NCBI GenBank assembly: GCA_050298055.1
Contig: JBNKTL010000045.1
Coordinates: 1-42,093 of the forward strand
DNA: 42,093 nt
Direction of reading: 5' to 3'
Source: Spirochaetota bacterium
GTDB lineage: Bacteria > Spirochaetota > UBA4802 > UBA5550
The first letter of the stretch is position 1; every line of letters begins with the position of its first letter. A program made the translations under genes and the position numbers. Under the pieces are notes generated by a model that had not been told where the DNA came from, searched no databases, and saw only the letters and a program-made list of their open reading frames with translations. Shown here in pieces: positions 17,185 to 26,477 of the stretch.

Positions 17185-18249
17185 ATGGATATTGTACCTG
17201 TGATCATGGCCGGGGGTGCCGGTACACGACTCTGGCCTCTTAGCAGGAAGGAGAAACCGAAGCAGTTTCATAACCTTTCAGGAGCAGGAACACTTCTCCA
17301 TGAAACCATGGAAAGACTAAAACCTCTTGAGCCGAAATATACTTTAATAGTAACATCAAAGGATTATGAAGATCTTTCGCAGGAGGAGATCGCCCACTCG
17401 GGAATCAGGGGTGTGGTTCTTTCTGAACCGAGGCCCCGAAATACCGCCCCTGCCATCCTCTATTCCACTGTTTTCATCGATAAGTTTTACCACGATTCCG
17501 TAATGGTGGTTCTTCCCGCTGATCATTTTATCAGCAACAGTGAGGAGTTTATTCGGATAATCAGACTGGCGATTGAGGAGGCGGAATCGGGTTCACTGGT
17601 AACAATCGGCATAAAACCGGGATATCCGGAAACAGGATATGGGTACATCAAGGCAGCGGAGGGAGCGTCGGGGGATTGTTATCCCGTTGAAAGATTTGTT
17701 GAAAAACCGGACAGGGATACAGCGGAGAAATACCTGGATAGCGGAGACTATTACTGGAACAGCGGGATCTTTGTCTGGAAGACAACTGCGATCTTTGAAG
17801 CATTTATGAAGTATCTGCCCGGGTATGTTAAGGCATTTGAACCACTCTACAACCTCACATCCGATAAGATCGAGAGCGACACCCCTGAAGTCTGGGAGAT
17901 AAAAACAGAAATCTTTAATAAAATTGATCCCCTGTCAATCGATTACGGAATCATGGAGAAAGCGGATAACTGCATGGTTATACCTGCGGATTTCGGGTGG
18001 GCCGATCTCGGCAGCTGGAAATCCATAGATGATATACTGAAAGGTGATAAAAATAACAACAGGTCACCGAGTAAAGACAGGGCCCTGTTTCTGAATTCTG
18101 ACAACTGTTCTGTTTTTTCTGAAGAGAGTACTGTTGCTGTTGTGGGGCTTGATAATGTGGTTGTTGTTCAGGCGGGGGATAATATTCTCGTTATGGACAA
18201 GGACTCTTCGCAGGACGTGAAGAAGGTTGTTGACCTGGTAAAGCCGTAA
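17185..18249 (+). CDS. manC: Mannose-1-phosphate guanylyltransferase (no PMI cupin domain)
   Basis: MAGGAGTRLWPLSR..PKQF, RNTAPAI, PETGYGYI, FVEKP, WNSGIF, SIDYGIME, WADLGSW. Confidence 0.93.
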   Translation: MDIVPVIMAGGAGTRLWPLSRKEKPKQFHNLSGAGTLLHETMERLKPLEPKYTLIVTSKDYEDLSQEEIAHSGIRGVVLSEPRPRNTAPAILYSTVFIDKFYHDSVMVVLPADHFISNSEEFIRIIRLAIEEAESGSLVTIGIKPGYPETGYGYIKAAEGASGDCYPVERFVEKPDRDTAEKYLDSGDYYWNSGIFVWKTTAIFEAFMKYLPGYVKAFEPLYNLTSDKIESDTPEVWEIKTEIFNKIDPLSIDYGIMEKADNCMVIPADFGWADLGSWKSIDDILKGDKNNNRSPSKDRALFLNSDNCSVFSEESTVAVVGLDNVVVVQAGDNILVMDKDSSQDVKKVVDLVKP

Positions 18250-18300
18250 CGGAACTGATATTTTTCAATTTTTATCATAGAGGAAAATTGTGATGGTTTT

Positions 18301-18329
18301 TGGCGGGCTATTAGCCCGCCATTTTTTTT
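18301..18329 (+). terminator. Rho-independent terminator, target site of the IIC intron
   Basis: TGGCGGGCT-ATT-AGCCCGCCA followed by T8. Confidence 0.9.
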
Positions 18330-18901
18330 GGTGCGCCCGGCATGGGCGCACGCTTGGTGGTGCGGTGTAGAGCCATTAACGACCTTTCTGGTAATACACC
18401 TAGTCCACTACGGGGGTTGATAGTACCAACCGTTAGCTTAAGGCAAGGGTGTCCACCGTGAGGTGGAATCTGAAGGAAGCCGACGGCAAAATCCCGGCCT
18501 GACGAACAGGAATCACATAAGAGGCCGGTCAGAGTGGGTAAGTTTGCCAAACAAAACAAAGCCCATACTATCAAAGGTCTGACAGGTAAATGTGGCAGGT
18601 ATATGGGAGGAAAGCGTGCGTTCTTACCCGGGGAGGTCTGGCAACAGGTGAAACTGATGAACTTCAGGATCGCAACCCATATAGCAATATATGGCTGAGC
18701 TGTCAGAAGTCAGCAGAGGTCATAGTACTGTGGAAGGATAAGAGAAGCAGGAAGGACTGAACATTAAGAGGATATTGAAATCCGAATTTTGAGTATCATG
18801 CGGTGACAGCAGCCAACTCATTAAATGAGCCTTTGAGGGGACGTGAGGGTGAAGCCCTGAGAGAAACCGCAGAGAGCCGAGTATGATACCAGCGAAGAAA
18901 G

Positions 18902-20197
18902 ATGGAAATATCAAATGGACAAAAGATGAGTAATACACTATTTGATAGAATCTTATCAAGAGAGAACATGATGCTGGCACTGGGTCGGGTGCGTCGGAAT
19001 CGTGGCAGTCATGGTGTTGATGGAATGACGGTGGATGAACTTCCAGCCTATCTTGTGACAGCATGGCCATTCATCAGAGGTGAATTACTCTCCGGTACAT
19101 ATACACCTCAACCGGTCAGAAGGGTAGAAATACCCAAACCTGACGGTGGGATCAGACTTTTAGGAATACCAACAGTGCTGGATCGTCTGATACAGCAGGC
19201 TACAGTGCAGGTTCTTAGCCCTGTTTTTGAAGAAACATTCTCAGAGTACAGTTATGGTTTCAGGCCCGGGAAAAGTGCTCATACCGCCATCTTAAAGGCA
19301 AAAGAGCATATAGAACAGGGCTATACCTGGACAATAGACATGGATCTGGAGAAATTTTTCGACAGGGTGAACCATGACATCCTGATGTCCCGAATAGCAC
19401 GAAAGATAAAGGATAAGAGAGTCCTGAAGCTTATCAGGAACTATCTGGTATCTGGAGTGTTGGTGGAAGGGATTAAAGTATCTTCTGAGGAAGGGACCCC
19501 CCAGGGAGGTCCCCTCTCCCCGCTTCTTGCCAATATTCTTCTTGATGACCTTGATAAGGAACTTGAGAAGAGAGGCCACGTCTTTGTTCGATATGCTGAC
19601 GATTGTAATATTTACGTCAAAAGTGAAAGAGCAGGATTAAGGGTTATGGCAAGTGTAAGAAAACTGCTGACAGGAAAGTTGAAATTAAAGGTCAATGAAT
19701 CAAAAAGTGGAGTTGATCGACCTTGGAAACGGAAATTTCTGGGCTTCAGCTTTTACAAGATCAATGGTAAAGTCGGTATAAGAATTCATCCAAAATCTAT
19801 CAGGAAATTTAAGGAAACCATTCGTAAAATAACCAACCGGAACCACAGCCGTAATTTTGAGGAAAGACTTCAAAATCTTGCGGTTGTTACACGTGGCTGG
19901 ATAAACTACTTTGGAATTGCAGAAGCCAAAAGAGTCATGGAAGAGATTGATATGTGGACAAGGAGAAGACTTAGAGCCTGTCTTTGGAAACAATGGAAGC
20001 GTATTAAGACAAAACATGATAATCTTGTAAAACTGGGAGTCAACAAAGCCAAAGCATGGGAATGGGCCAATAGCCGAAAGGGTTATTGGAGAATTGCCGG
20101 TAGTTATATTCTATCGACAACTTTGACTAATAAATTTCTTGAAGAAAAGGGATATAAGAGTCTGTTAAAACAGTACAGGAAAGTACATTGTGCTTAA
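18902..20197 (+). CDS. ltrA: Group II intron reverse transcriptase/maturase, no endonuclease domain
   Basis: GVDG, IPKPDGGIRLLGIPTVLDRLIQ, SYGFRPG, DLEKFFD, GTPQGGPLSPLLAN, RYADD, RGWINYF (thumb/X domain). Start may be the ATG at 18926. Confidence 0.97.
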   Translation: MEISNGQKMSNTLFDRILSRENMMLALGRVRRNRGSHGVDGMTVDELPAYLVTAWPFIRGELLSGTYTPQPVRRVEIPKPDGGIRLLGIPTVLDRLIQQATVQVLSPVFEETFSEYSYGFRPGKSAHTAILKAKEHIEQGYTWTIDMDLEKFFDRVNHDILMSRIARKIKDKRVLKLIRNYLVSGVLVEGIKVSSEEGTPQGGPLSPLLANILLDDLDKELEKRGHVFVRYADDCNIYVKSERAGLRVMASVRKLLTGKLKLKVNESKSGVDRPWKRKFLGFSFYKINGKVGIRIHPKSIRKFKETIRKITNRNHSRNFEERLQNLAVVTRGWINYFGIAEAKRVMEEIDMWTRRRLRACLWKQWKRIKTKHDNLVKLGVNKAKAWEWANSRKGYWRIAGSYILSTTLTNKFLEEKGYKSLLKQYRKVHCA

Positions 20198-20198
20198 T

Positions 20199-20276
20199 GA
20201 ACCGCCGTATACCGAACGGTACGTACGGTGGTGTGAGAGGACGGTGAGTGAAATAATCACTCACCTCCTACTCGAT
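20199..20276 (+). ncRNA. Group II intron catalytic domains V-VI
   Basis: GAACCGCCGTATACCGAACGGTACGTACGGTGGTGTGAGAGG, then the GGTGAGTGA/TCACTCACC stem and the bulged-A region. Confidence 0.95.
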
Positions 20277-20367
20277 TGAAACCAGCAAAGCCTTCCCATT
20301 TCTCTCTAGTGTAAAATCATATCCTGTTAAACCAGTCTCTTCAAGGGGATGCTTGGATTATTTACTG

Positions 20368-20395
20368 TTGACATGAATTTATTCACGCTTATAAA
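20368..20395 (+). promoter_or_regulatory. Putative sigma70 promoter with a palindromic operator-like spacer
   Basis: TTGACA-16 nt-TATAAA; the spacer contains TGAAT-TT-ATTCA. Confidence 0.5.
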
Positions 20396-20401
20396 GATAA
20401 T

Positions 20402-20493
20402 ATGTAACGACTCAGCTGTATCAGCAACTAATAAGTCTGTGATCCCGGTTGAAGCGAAGCAAATTTGTTGACTTTTAGCTGAAACGTTAAGAT
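20402..20493 (+). other. attC-like recombination site (degenerate)
   Basis: ATGTAAC...GTTAAGAT ends; TAACGACTCAGCT pairs with AGCTGAAACGTTA apart from a 2-nt bubble; inner arms TCAGCAA/TTGTTGA. Confidence 0.55.
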
Positions 20494-20546
20494 ATTTACT
20501 CTCCAGGAAAAGTTATGGGAGATAAAAACAAGAGAGAGAAGAAAAG

Positions 20547-21428
20547 ATGAAGAAAAAGATCTTGAAAGGACTGGTATTTTTCGCAATTGGGTTTGTTATC
20601 GTGTTTACTCTGCGATTAATCTACGGATATGTAATATACCCTGACGGTAAAACCCGGACAATGCAGGAATCAAATTTCCAGGTTAACCGGGACTTTAGTT
20701 TTAATGTCAGGAACTATGCTTCCTATAAATACAGAAAATCCGCCAAAACTGGGGTCCAGACATACTCGGTTGACCAAAAATATGAAAAAATTGCCGATAT
20801 AAAATCTTCCACCGAAAAAATTGATGAGAATGAAAAAACGGTCAGGGATTTAATAAAAAGTCATGATTCAATAATTCAATATGAACAAAAAAGCGGCGTA
20901 AAACGTTCAAGAAACCGGATTTTAAACCTGGCAATCGGGGTGCCTCCCGGAAAATTCGATGAGCTGGTTGTAAAACTGAAGGCAATCGGGAAAATCATTT
21001 CGATTAATATCGATAAGAAAGACAAAACAAACGAATATAAGAAATTAAAAGCGAAAAAGAACTCGCTCCTTACTATCCGAAAATCACTGATCGCCTTAAA
21101 AAACAGGGGCGGTAAGATTGATGAATATATAAAACTGGAAAACCGCATACTGGAGATTGAAAAGGAAATTCAGGATTTAGGTATCAACCTGGGTGAATTT
21201 GATTCTGAAAACGAATTTTGTACGATAAAATTCTCATTGATTGAGGCATCGTATATCAAATCGAGTATCTCTTTTTTTCAGCGGTTCACTGTTGCGTTTA
21301 CCTGGAGCCTGAAATTCTATTTTGCTCTGACCCTCTTTCTCTTTTTTGCGAGCCTGACGATTCTCATCATCAATTCAATTATATCCAATTCAAAATGGAT
21401 ACAGAAATTATTTGAAAAGACGTCCTGA
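20547..21428 (+). CDS. DUF4349-like membrane-anchored protein
   Basis: N- and C-terminal TM segments, VPPGKFDELV and DKTNEY, coiled coil ending FCTIKFSL; AT-rich. Confidence 0.7.
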   Translation: MKKKILKGLVFFAIGFVIVFTLRLIYGYVIYPDGKTRTMQESNFQVNRDFSFNVRNYASYKYRKSAKTGVQTYSVDQKYEKIADIKSSTEKIDENEKTVRDLIKSHDSIIQYEQKSGVKRSRNRILNLAIGVPPGKFDELVVKLKAIGKIISINIDKKDKTNEYKKLKAKKNSLLTIRKSLIALKNRGGKIDEYIKLENRILEIEKEIQDLGINLGEFDSENEFCTIKFSLIEASYIKSSISFFQRFTVAFTWSLKFYFALTLFLFFASLTILIINSIISNSKWIQKLFEKTS

Positions 21429-21441
21429 AAAGAAGGAACAC

Positions 21442-23007
21442 CTATTCCCACTCAATGGTGCTGGGCGGTTTTGATGAGATATCGTATACTACCCTGTTGA
21501 TGCCTTTGACTTCATTAATGATCCTGTTGGAGACCTTTCTCAGGAGGTCTTCGGGGAGATAGGCCCAGTCCGCGGTCATGGCATCAACCGAGGTAACGCC
21601 CCGTATTGCGATAACATTCTCGTATGTCCTCTTGTCTCCCATAACGCCTACTGACTTTACCGGGAGGAACACGGCAAAGATCTGCCAGAGTTTGTAGTAG
21701 TATCCCGCGTTCTTGATCTCTTCAAGAAGGATATCATCGGCCTTCTGGAGGACCTTTATCCGGGAAGGTGTCACTTCTCCTATGATCCTGATTGCAAGTC
21801 CCGGTCCGGGGAAGGGCTGTCGGTAAACCAGTTCATCGGGTAGTCCGAGCATCTTGCCCAGAATCCTTACTTCATCTTTGAAAAGTTCCTTGAGGGGTTC
21901 AATGACCTTTCCCGATTTAATCAGCTTCATCACTTCGGGGACCCTGTTATGGTGGCTCTTGATGGTATCCGAAGGTCCCTTTGTTGAAACAGACTCAATA
22001 ACATCGGGATAGAGGGTCCCCTGGGCGAGAAAATCAAACTTGCCGATCTTTCGCGCCTCATCCATGAATACCCTGATGAACTCCTTTCCGATTATCCGCC
22101 TCTTCTTCTCGGGGTCTTCGACTCCTTTTAATTTATCGAGAAACTGTTTTGATGCATCGGCATAGATCAGGTTGAGCTTCATGTGCTTTTTAAACCTGTC
22201 AATAACGCGGGTATGCTCATCCTTTCTCAAAACGCCGTTATTTACAAAGACGCAATAAAGCCTTTCCCCTATGGCCTCATGGAGAAGAGCCGCAGTGACC
22301 GATGAATCCACACCCCCGGATAGACCGAGAAGAACGGTCCCGTCCCCCACTTCCTCCCTTATTGCCTTTATTGAGGTTTCAACAAAGGATTTCATGGACC
22401 AGGAGGGTTTCAGTCTGCATATCTCGAAGAGAAAATTTTTCAGTATCTTTTTGCCGTTTTTCGTGTGGTGGACTTCAGGATGGAACTGGACCCCGTACAT
22501 TTTCAATTTGCTGTTTTCGATGGCCGCATATTCTGCATTTTCAGATTTTCCCGATCTTTTAAATCCTTCGGGAAGGGAAGAGACCCTGTCCCCGTGGCTC
22601 ATCCAGACAAGTTCTTTTTTCTTGAGTCCCCTAAAAAGAGGTGATGTGCTTTGTATATCAAGTGTTGCCCTGCCATACTCCCTTTCATTGCTGGGCTCAA
22701 TATTTCCGTTGAAGGCGTCCACAAGCATATAAAGCCCGTAGCATATCCCAAGGACCGGGACGCCCATCTTGAAAATCTCTTTATGGATTTTTGGAGAGTC
22801 TTTTTCATAGATGGATGAAGGCCCTCCTGAGAGAACCAGGGCAGATGGTTTAAATGCCTTTATTTCTTCTATTGACTGATGGTAGGGAACGATCTCAGCA
22901 TAAACCTTCAATTCCCGGATTCTCCTGGCTATGAGCTGTGTAACCTGTGAACCAAAGTCCAGGATAAGGACCCTTTCCCGGGGCAGGGCTATTTTGTGGT
23001 CTATCAT
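21442..23007 (-). CDS. guaA: GMP synthase (glutamine-hydrolysing)
   Basis: LDFGSQ, LGICYG, QFHPEV, LSGGVDSS, IKSHHN, PFPGPGL, SKPPSTIEWE; ATGA overlap with the purE stop. Confidence 0.98.
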   Translation of the reverse strand: MIDHKIALPRERVLILDFGSQVTQLIARRIRELKVYAEIVPYHQSIEEIKAFKPSALVLSGGPSSIYEKDSPKIHKEIFKMGVPVLGICYGLYMLVDAFNGNIEPSNEREYGRATLDIQSTSPLFRGLKKKELVWMSHGDRVSSLPEGFKRSGKSENAEYAAIENSKLKMYGVQFHPEVHHTKNGKKILKNFLFEICRLKPSWSMKSFVETSIKAIREEVGDGTVLLGLSGGVDSSVTAALLHEAIGERLYCVFVNNGVLRKDEHTRVIDRFKKHMKLNLIYADASKQFLDKLKGVEDPEKKRRIIGKEFIRVFMDEARKIGKFDFLAQGTLYPDVIESVSTKGPSDTIKSHHNRVPEVMKLIKSGKVIEPLKELFKDEVRILGKMLGLPDELVYRQPFPGPGLAIRIIGEVTPSRIKVLQKADDILLEEIKNAGYYYKLWQIFAVFLPVKSVGVMGDKRTYENVIAIRGVTSVDAMTADWAYLPEDLLRKVSNRIINEVKGINRVVYDISSKPPSTIEWE

Positions 23008-23534
23008 TTCTGTTCCTCGAGATTTTTAATATACTCTTTGTAGCCGGTATTTTCCATCTTTCTGTTTTTTTCAGATATTTTATCGGCCATATCGTTCCGG
23101 TATTTTTTTATTTTCTCTTCAAGGGATGGGTCGCTCAGGGCAAGTATGCTGATGGCAAAGAGAGCTGCATTGGCACCGCCGGCTTTTCCTGAGGGCATTG
23201 TTGCCACCGGTATTCCCGAGGGCATCTGCAGTATTGAGAGTATTGAGTCGAGACCACCTGAGATATTTGTCTCAATGGGGACCCCTATTACCGGAAGTGT
23301 TGTATGTGCGGCGACAATCCCGGGCAGGTGTGCGGCTCCTCCGGCAACAGCAATAATTGCTCTGACCCCTCTCTCACGGGCGGTTTCAACCCACTCCTTT
23401 GTCTGGTCTGGTGTCCTATGGGCTGATGAAATAAGGATCTCAAATTCAACGTCAAATTCCTCCAGTAATTTAAAACATTCCTTTATTTTTGGGAGATCAG
23501 AGTCGGATCCAAGTATTATACCAACCAGAGCCAT
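23004..23534 (-). CDS. purE: N5-CAIR mutase
   Basis: GSDSD, SAHRTP, AGGAAHLPG, LPVIGVP, QMPSGIPVAT. Start set at the second ATG (23534), which has GGAGG upstream. Confidence 0.97.
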   Translation of the reverse strand: MALVGIILGSDSDLPKIKECFKLLEEFDVEFEILISSAHRTPDQTKEWVETARERGVRAIIAVAGGAAHLPGIVAAHTTLPVIGVPIETNISGGLDSILSILQMPSGIPVATMPSGKAGGANAALFAISILALSDPSLEEKIKKYRNDMADKISEKNRKMENTGYKEYIKNLEEQK

Positions 23535-23646
23535 AACAGGTACCTCCATTGCATTTAATAGATTACATTACTCTTACCGGTTTTAGAAATCTTCACTGTC
23601 CATATTTGTCAATAGAATTATTTATCTGGAATGTATTGAAAAAATT

Positions 23647-23689
23647 TGCTCTGACCCCTATTTTAAGCTCAAAAAAATGCTCTGACCCC
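23647..23689 (+). repeat. Pair of TGCTCTGACCCC direct repeats upstream of the RAYT-like gene
   Basis: Exact copies start at 23647 and 23678 (31-bp period). Confidence 0.92.
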
Positions 23690-23781
23690 ATTTCAAAAAA
23701 AATGCCTGAACTTTCCAAAAAGTTTTAATTTTTTTCATTTACAATCGTATTAATACATAAAGCTAGAATAAGGAGAAAAAC

Positions 23782-24372
23782 ATGCCCAGACCATTAAGAG
23801 AATGCAAACCAAACTTAACATACCATGTCTGTTCGAGATGTGTTGAAAGCCGTGATTTTATTCAAAATGATTATTTTAAAGACATAATGATTGAAATTTT
23901 GAAATCAGCACTGGAAAAATATAATTTTGAGCTCATAGCATATGAAATCCTTCACAACCATTTCCATTTTATTATAAGAACAGTAGATGAAGGGGAGTCC
24001 ATTTCAAGGATAATGCAGTATATTAAGTCCCGGTTTGCGCAAAAATACAATAGAATAAACAAAAGAGAAGGCGCATTCTGGAGTGAAAGATTTGTGAGTA
24101 AGATTATTGAATATACTAAAAATCCAAAAAAATATTTATTTTGGCTATTATGGTACCTGGGATTTAATCCTGTTCGAAAAAAAATTGTCAGAGATCCGAG
24201 AAAATCAAAATATGGAAGTATTAATGTATATCTGGATGAAAAATATAAGTCACCGGTAAAAATTACATTGCATGATTATTTTATCCAGTTAGGAAATTCA
24301 TTTAAAGAAAGGGCCCAGAAGTTCCTCTATTATGAGGATGCATATAGAAAAAGACTTTCAATAATTTATTGA
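23782..24372 (+). CDS. REP-associated tyrosine transposase-like (RAYT / Y1 HUH nuclease, IS200 superfamily)
   Basis: MPRPLR..YHVCSR N-terminus, NHFHF HUH motif, GAFWSERF, YLGFNPVR catalytic-Tyr helix; AAGGAG RBS; low GC. Confidence 0.9.
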   Translation: MPRPLRECKPNLTYHVCSRCVESRDFIQNDYFKDIMIEILKSALEKYNFELIAYEILHNHFHFIIRTVDEGESISRIMQYIKSRFAQKYNRINKREGAFWSERFVSKIIEYTKNPKKYLFWLLWYLGFNPVRKKIVRDPRKSKYGSINVYLDEKYKSPVKITLHDYFIQLGNSFKERAQKFLYYEDAYRKRLSIIY

Positions 24373-24585
24373 TTCCACTATTGAATAAAGCTTCTCATCG
24401 AACTTTTCTCATATAAAAAAATAAGTTTATATTTTATATCTTTCAGAATTTGATGCAATTATTGTTATTAATTTACAAGTAAATTTTATTCGATGAATAA
24501 GTGAACTTATAAAATTTATGTAGTATAATTTGTTTTGTAGTGAAGAAATAATTGTTAGAGTGAAGTCAAGGTTCTTAATGAGAGT

Positions 24586-24632
24586 TGCTCTGACCCTTAT
24601 TTTTATTTATATTTCTAAAATTGCTCTGACCC
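24586..24632 (+). repeat. Pair of TGCTCTGACCC direct repeats downstream of the RAYT-like gene
   Basis: Exact copies start at 24586 and 24622 (36-bp period). Confidence 0.92.
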
Positions 24633-24854
24633 TGAAATCCCTTGCAGCAAAGTTCTTGAAAAAATCTTTACTATTATATTAACTACATTCATGAAATGAG
24701 TAAGAAATTACAAATGTCCACAAACAGATAAATAATCAGGTCTAACTCATCGTTGACAGCTATCGGCATTTTGTAATCATAATGAGAACTTTTTTAACCG
24801 TGCTAAGAAACCTTAAGATACAGTAAATATTAATGGAATGAAAAATAGAGTAAG

Positions 24855-26423
24855 CTGAAAATCGTAATTAACAACATCCCGATAAAACCGGATGAACCTG
24901 AAAGCAGGATTATTGAGGTTCTGAAGGTGGATTATGGACTGAAAAAAGTCTCATATACTATATTAAAGAAGTCCCTTGATGCCAGAAAGAAGAATAATAT
25001 ATTCTACACCTACAGGGTTCTGGTTGAAGTCAGTGACGAGGAAGCGGACAAGCTCCTAAAAAGGGACCAGGTAACCCATTACAGGAAGAATAATTTTCCC
25101 TGTCCTCCGTTTATTAAGAAAAAAATCAAAGTAAAGATTATCGGTTTTGGCCCTGCAGGCCTTTTCTCTGCATTGAGGCTGGTCAATGCCGGTGTGGAGG
25201 TTGAGATTTTCGAGAGGGGGAAGGAGGTCAGTGAGAGGCTGGCTGATATTAAAGGGCTAGAGGCAAACGGGAACCTCGATCCTGAGAGCAATGTCCTTTT
25301 TGGTGAAGGGGGCGCGGGGACCTATTCCGATGGAAAGCTCACCACTAGGATAAACAGGCCGGAAGTAAGCTGGTTTTATAAACAACTTGTTGAGTTTGGA
25401 GCGGATTCATCTGTTCTTGTGGAATCGAAGCCTCATTTGGGAACAGACCGGGTCAGAGCAATTGTCCAGAACATCAGGGAGTTTATTATTTCACAGGGCT
25501 CACATGTCTATTTTCATGAACGGGTTGATGATCTTGTCATTAGAAAGGGGAAGATAGAAGGGATAAGGACATCCTTTGGGAGAGAATATCCAGCGTCCCT
25601 CCTCATCCTTGCTGCGGGACACTCAGCCAGGGATGTTTATCGGCTCCTGGAGAAGAAGGATGTTACCATGGAGAGGAAGGGCTTTGCCATGGGACTTCGG
25701 ATTGAACACCCGGCAGAGCTGATACGAAGCATTCAGTATGGCAGTTCGGAGTACAGGGATATCTTACCAGCTCCCGATTACAGCATGGCCTATAATAATG
25801 GTGTTACAAAGCGGGGGACTTACACTTTCTGCATGTGCCCCGGAGGGATAGTAATAAATTCTTCGTCGGAACAGAAAATGCTCTGTATAAACGGGATGAG
25901 CTACTCAAAAAGGGATTCCCTGTTTTCTAATTCAGCGGTTATTGTTACAGTCAGGCCTGAAGATACAGGAAATATGATCCTTTCCGGCATTGAATTTCAG
26001 GAGGACATTGAAAGAAAGGCATACATTGCTGGAGGGGGAGGATTTATTGCTCCTGCCCAGAGGGCTCTTTCCTTCATGGAGAAGAAGTTAGACGTCAACT
26101 TGCCGGGATCATCCTATAGACCGGGGGTCAGAGCAGCGAATTTGGAAGAGTTGATACCTTACTGGATGGCCGAAGAGATAAGAAAAGCTCTGGTTCATTT
26201 TAATAGAAAAATGAAGGGTTTTCTTTCAGAAAATGCACTTCTCTTGGGGGCTGAGACTCGTTCATCATCACCGGTAAGGATCCTCCGGAATGATAATTAT
26301 CAGTCAGTAAAAATAAAGGGGCTTTATCCAGCGGGAGAGGGTTCTGGATATGCCGGAGGTATTGTCAGTTCCGCAGTTGATGGAATCAGAGCAGCCGATG
26401 CAATATTAAGGAGGTTTAGTTAA
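24855..26423 (+). CDS. Uncharacterised FAD-dependent oxidoreductase
   Basis: KKSLDARKK, IIGFGPAGLF, FGEGGAGTYSDGKL, PHLGTD, TFCMCPGG, GEGSGYAGGIVSSAVDG. The frame is open back to CTG 24855; the ORF track starts at GTG 24927. Confidence 0.88.
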   Translation: MKIVINNIPIKPDEPESRIIEVLKVDYGLKKVSYTILKKSLDARKKNNIFYTYRVLVEVSDEEADKLLKRDQVTHYRKNNFPCPPFIKKKIKVKIIGFGPAGLFSALRLVNAGVEVEIFERGKEVSERLADIKGLEANGNLDPESNVLFGEGGAGTYSDGKLTTRINRPEVSWFYKQLVEFGADSSVLVESKPHLGTDRVRAIVQNIREFIISQGSHVYFHERVDDLVIRKGKIEGIRTSFGREYPASLLILAAGHSARDVYRLLEKKDVTMERKGFAMGLRIEHPAELIRSIQYGSSEYRDILPAPDYSMAYNNGVTKRGTYTFCMCPGGIVINSSSEQKMLCINGMSYSKRDSLFSNSAVIVTVRPEDTGNMILSGIEFQEDIERKAYIAGGGGFIAPAQRALSFMEKKLDVNLPGSSYRPGVRAANLEELIPYWMAEEIRKALVHFNRKMKGFLSENALLLGAETRSSSPVRILRNDNYQSVKIKGLYPAGEGSGYAGGIVSSAVDGIRAADAILRRFS

Positions 26424-26477
26424 TATTTAATATGAATTTCAATCCTTTGAAGAGAATCTTTATTCAAATTTAACTTT

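Larger units (their letters stand above)
18331..20276 (+). mobile_element. Full-length class C (IIC) group II intron
   Basis: 5' GTGCG boundary directly after a terminator; DI signature GCAAGGGTGTCCACCGTGAGGTGGAATCTGAAGGAAGC; short DV with CGC triad (~20199-20234); DVI ending CTACTCGAT at 20276. Confidence 0.96.

Noticed and set aside
18311..19070. Antisense ORFs 18311-18574 and 18720-19070
   Set aside because: They are shadows of the intron RNA domains and the RT start.
18902..20197. RT as a DGR, retron or defence RT acting on the large lipoprotein tail
   Set aside because: It has YADD, a maturase domain and a full IIC ribozyme around it; no template/variable repeat pair differing at adenines was seen.
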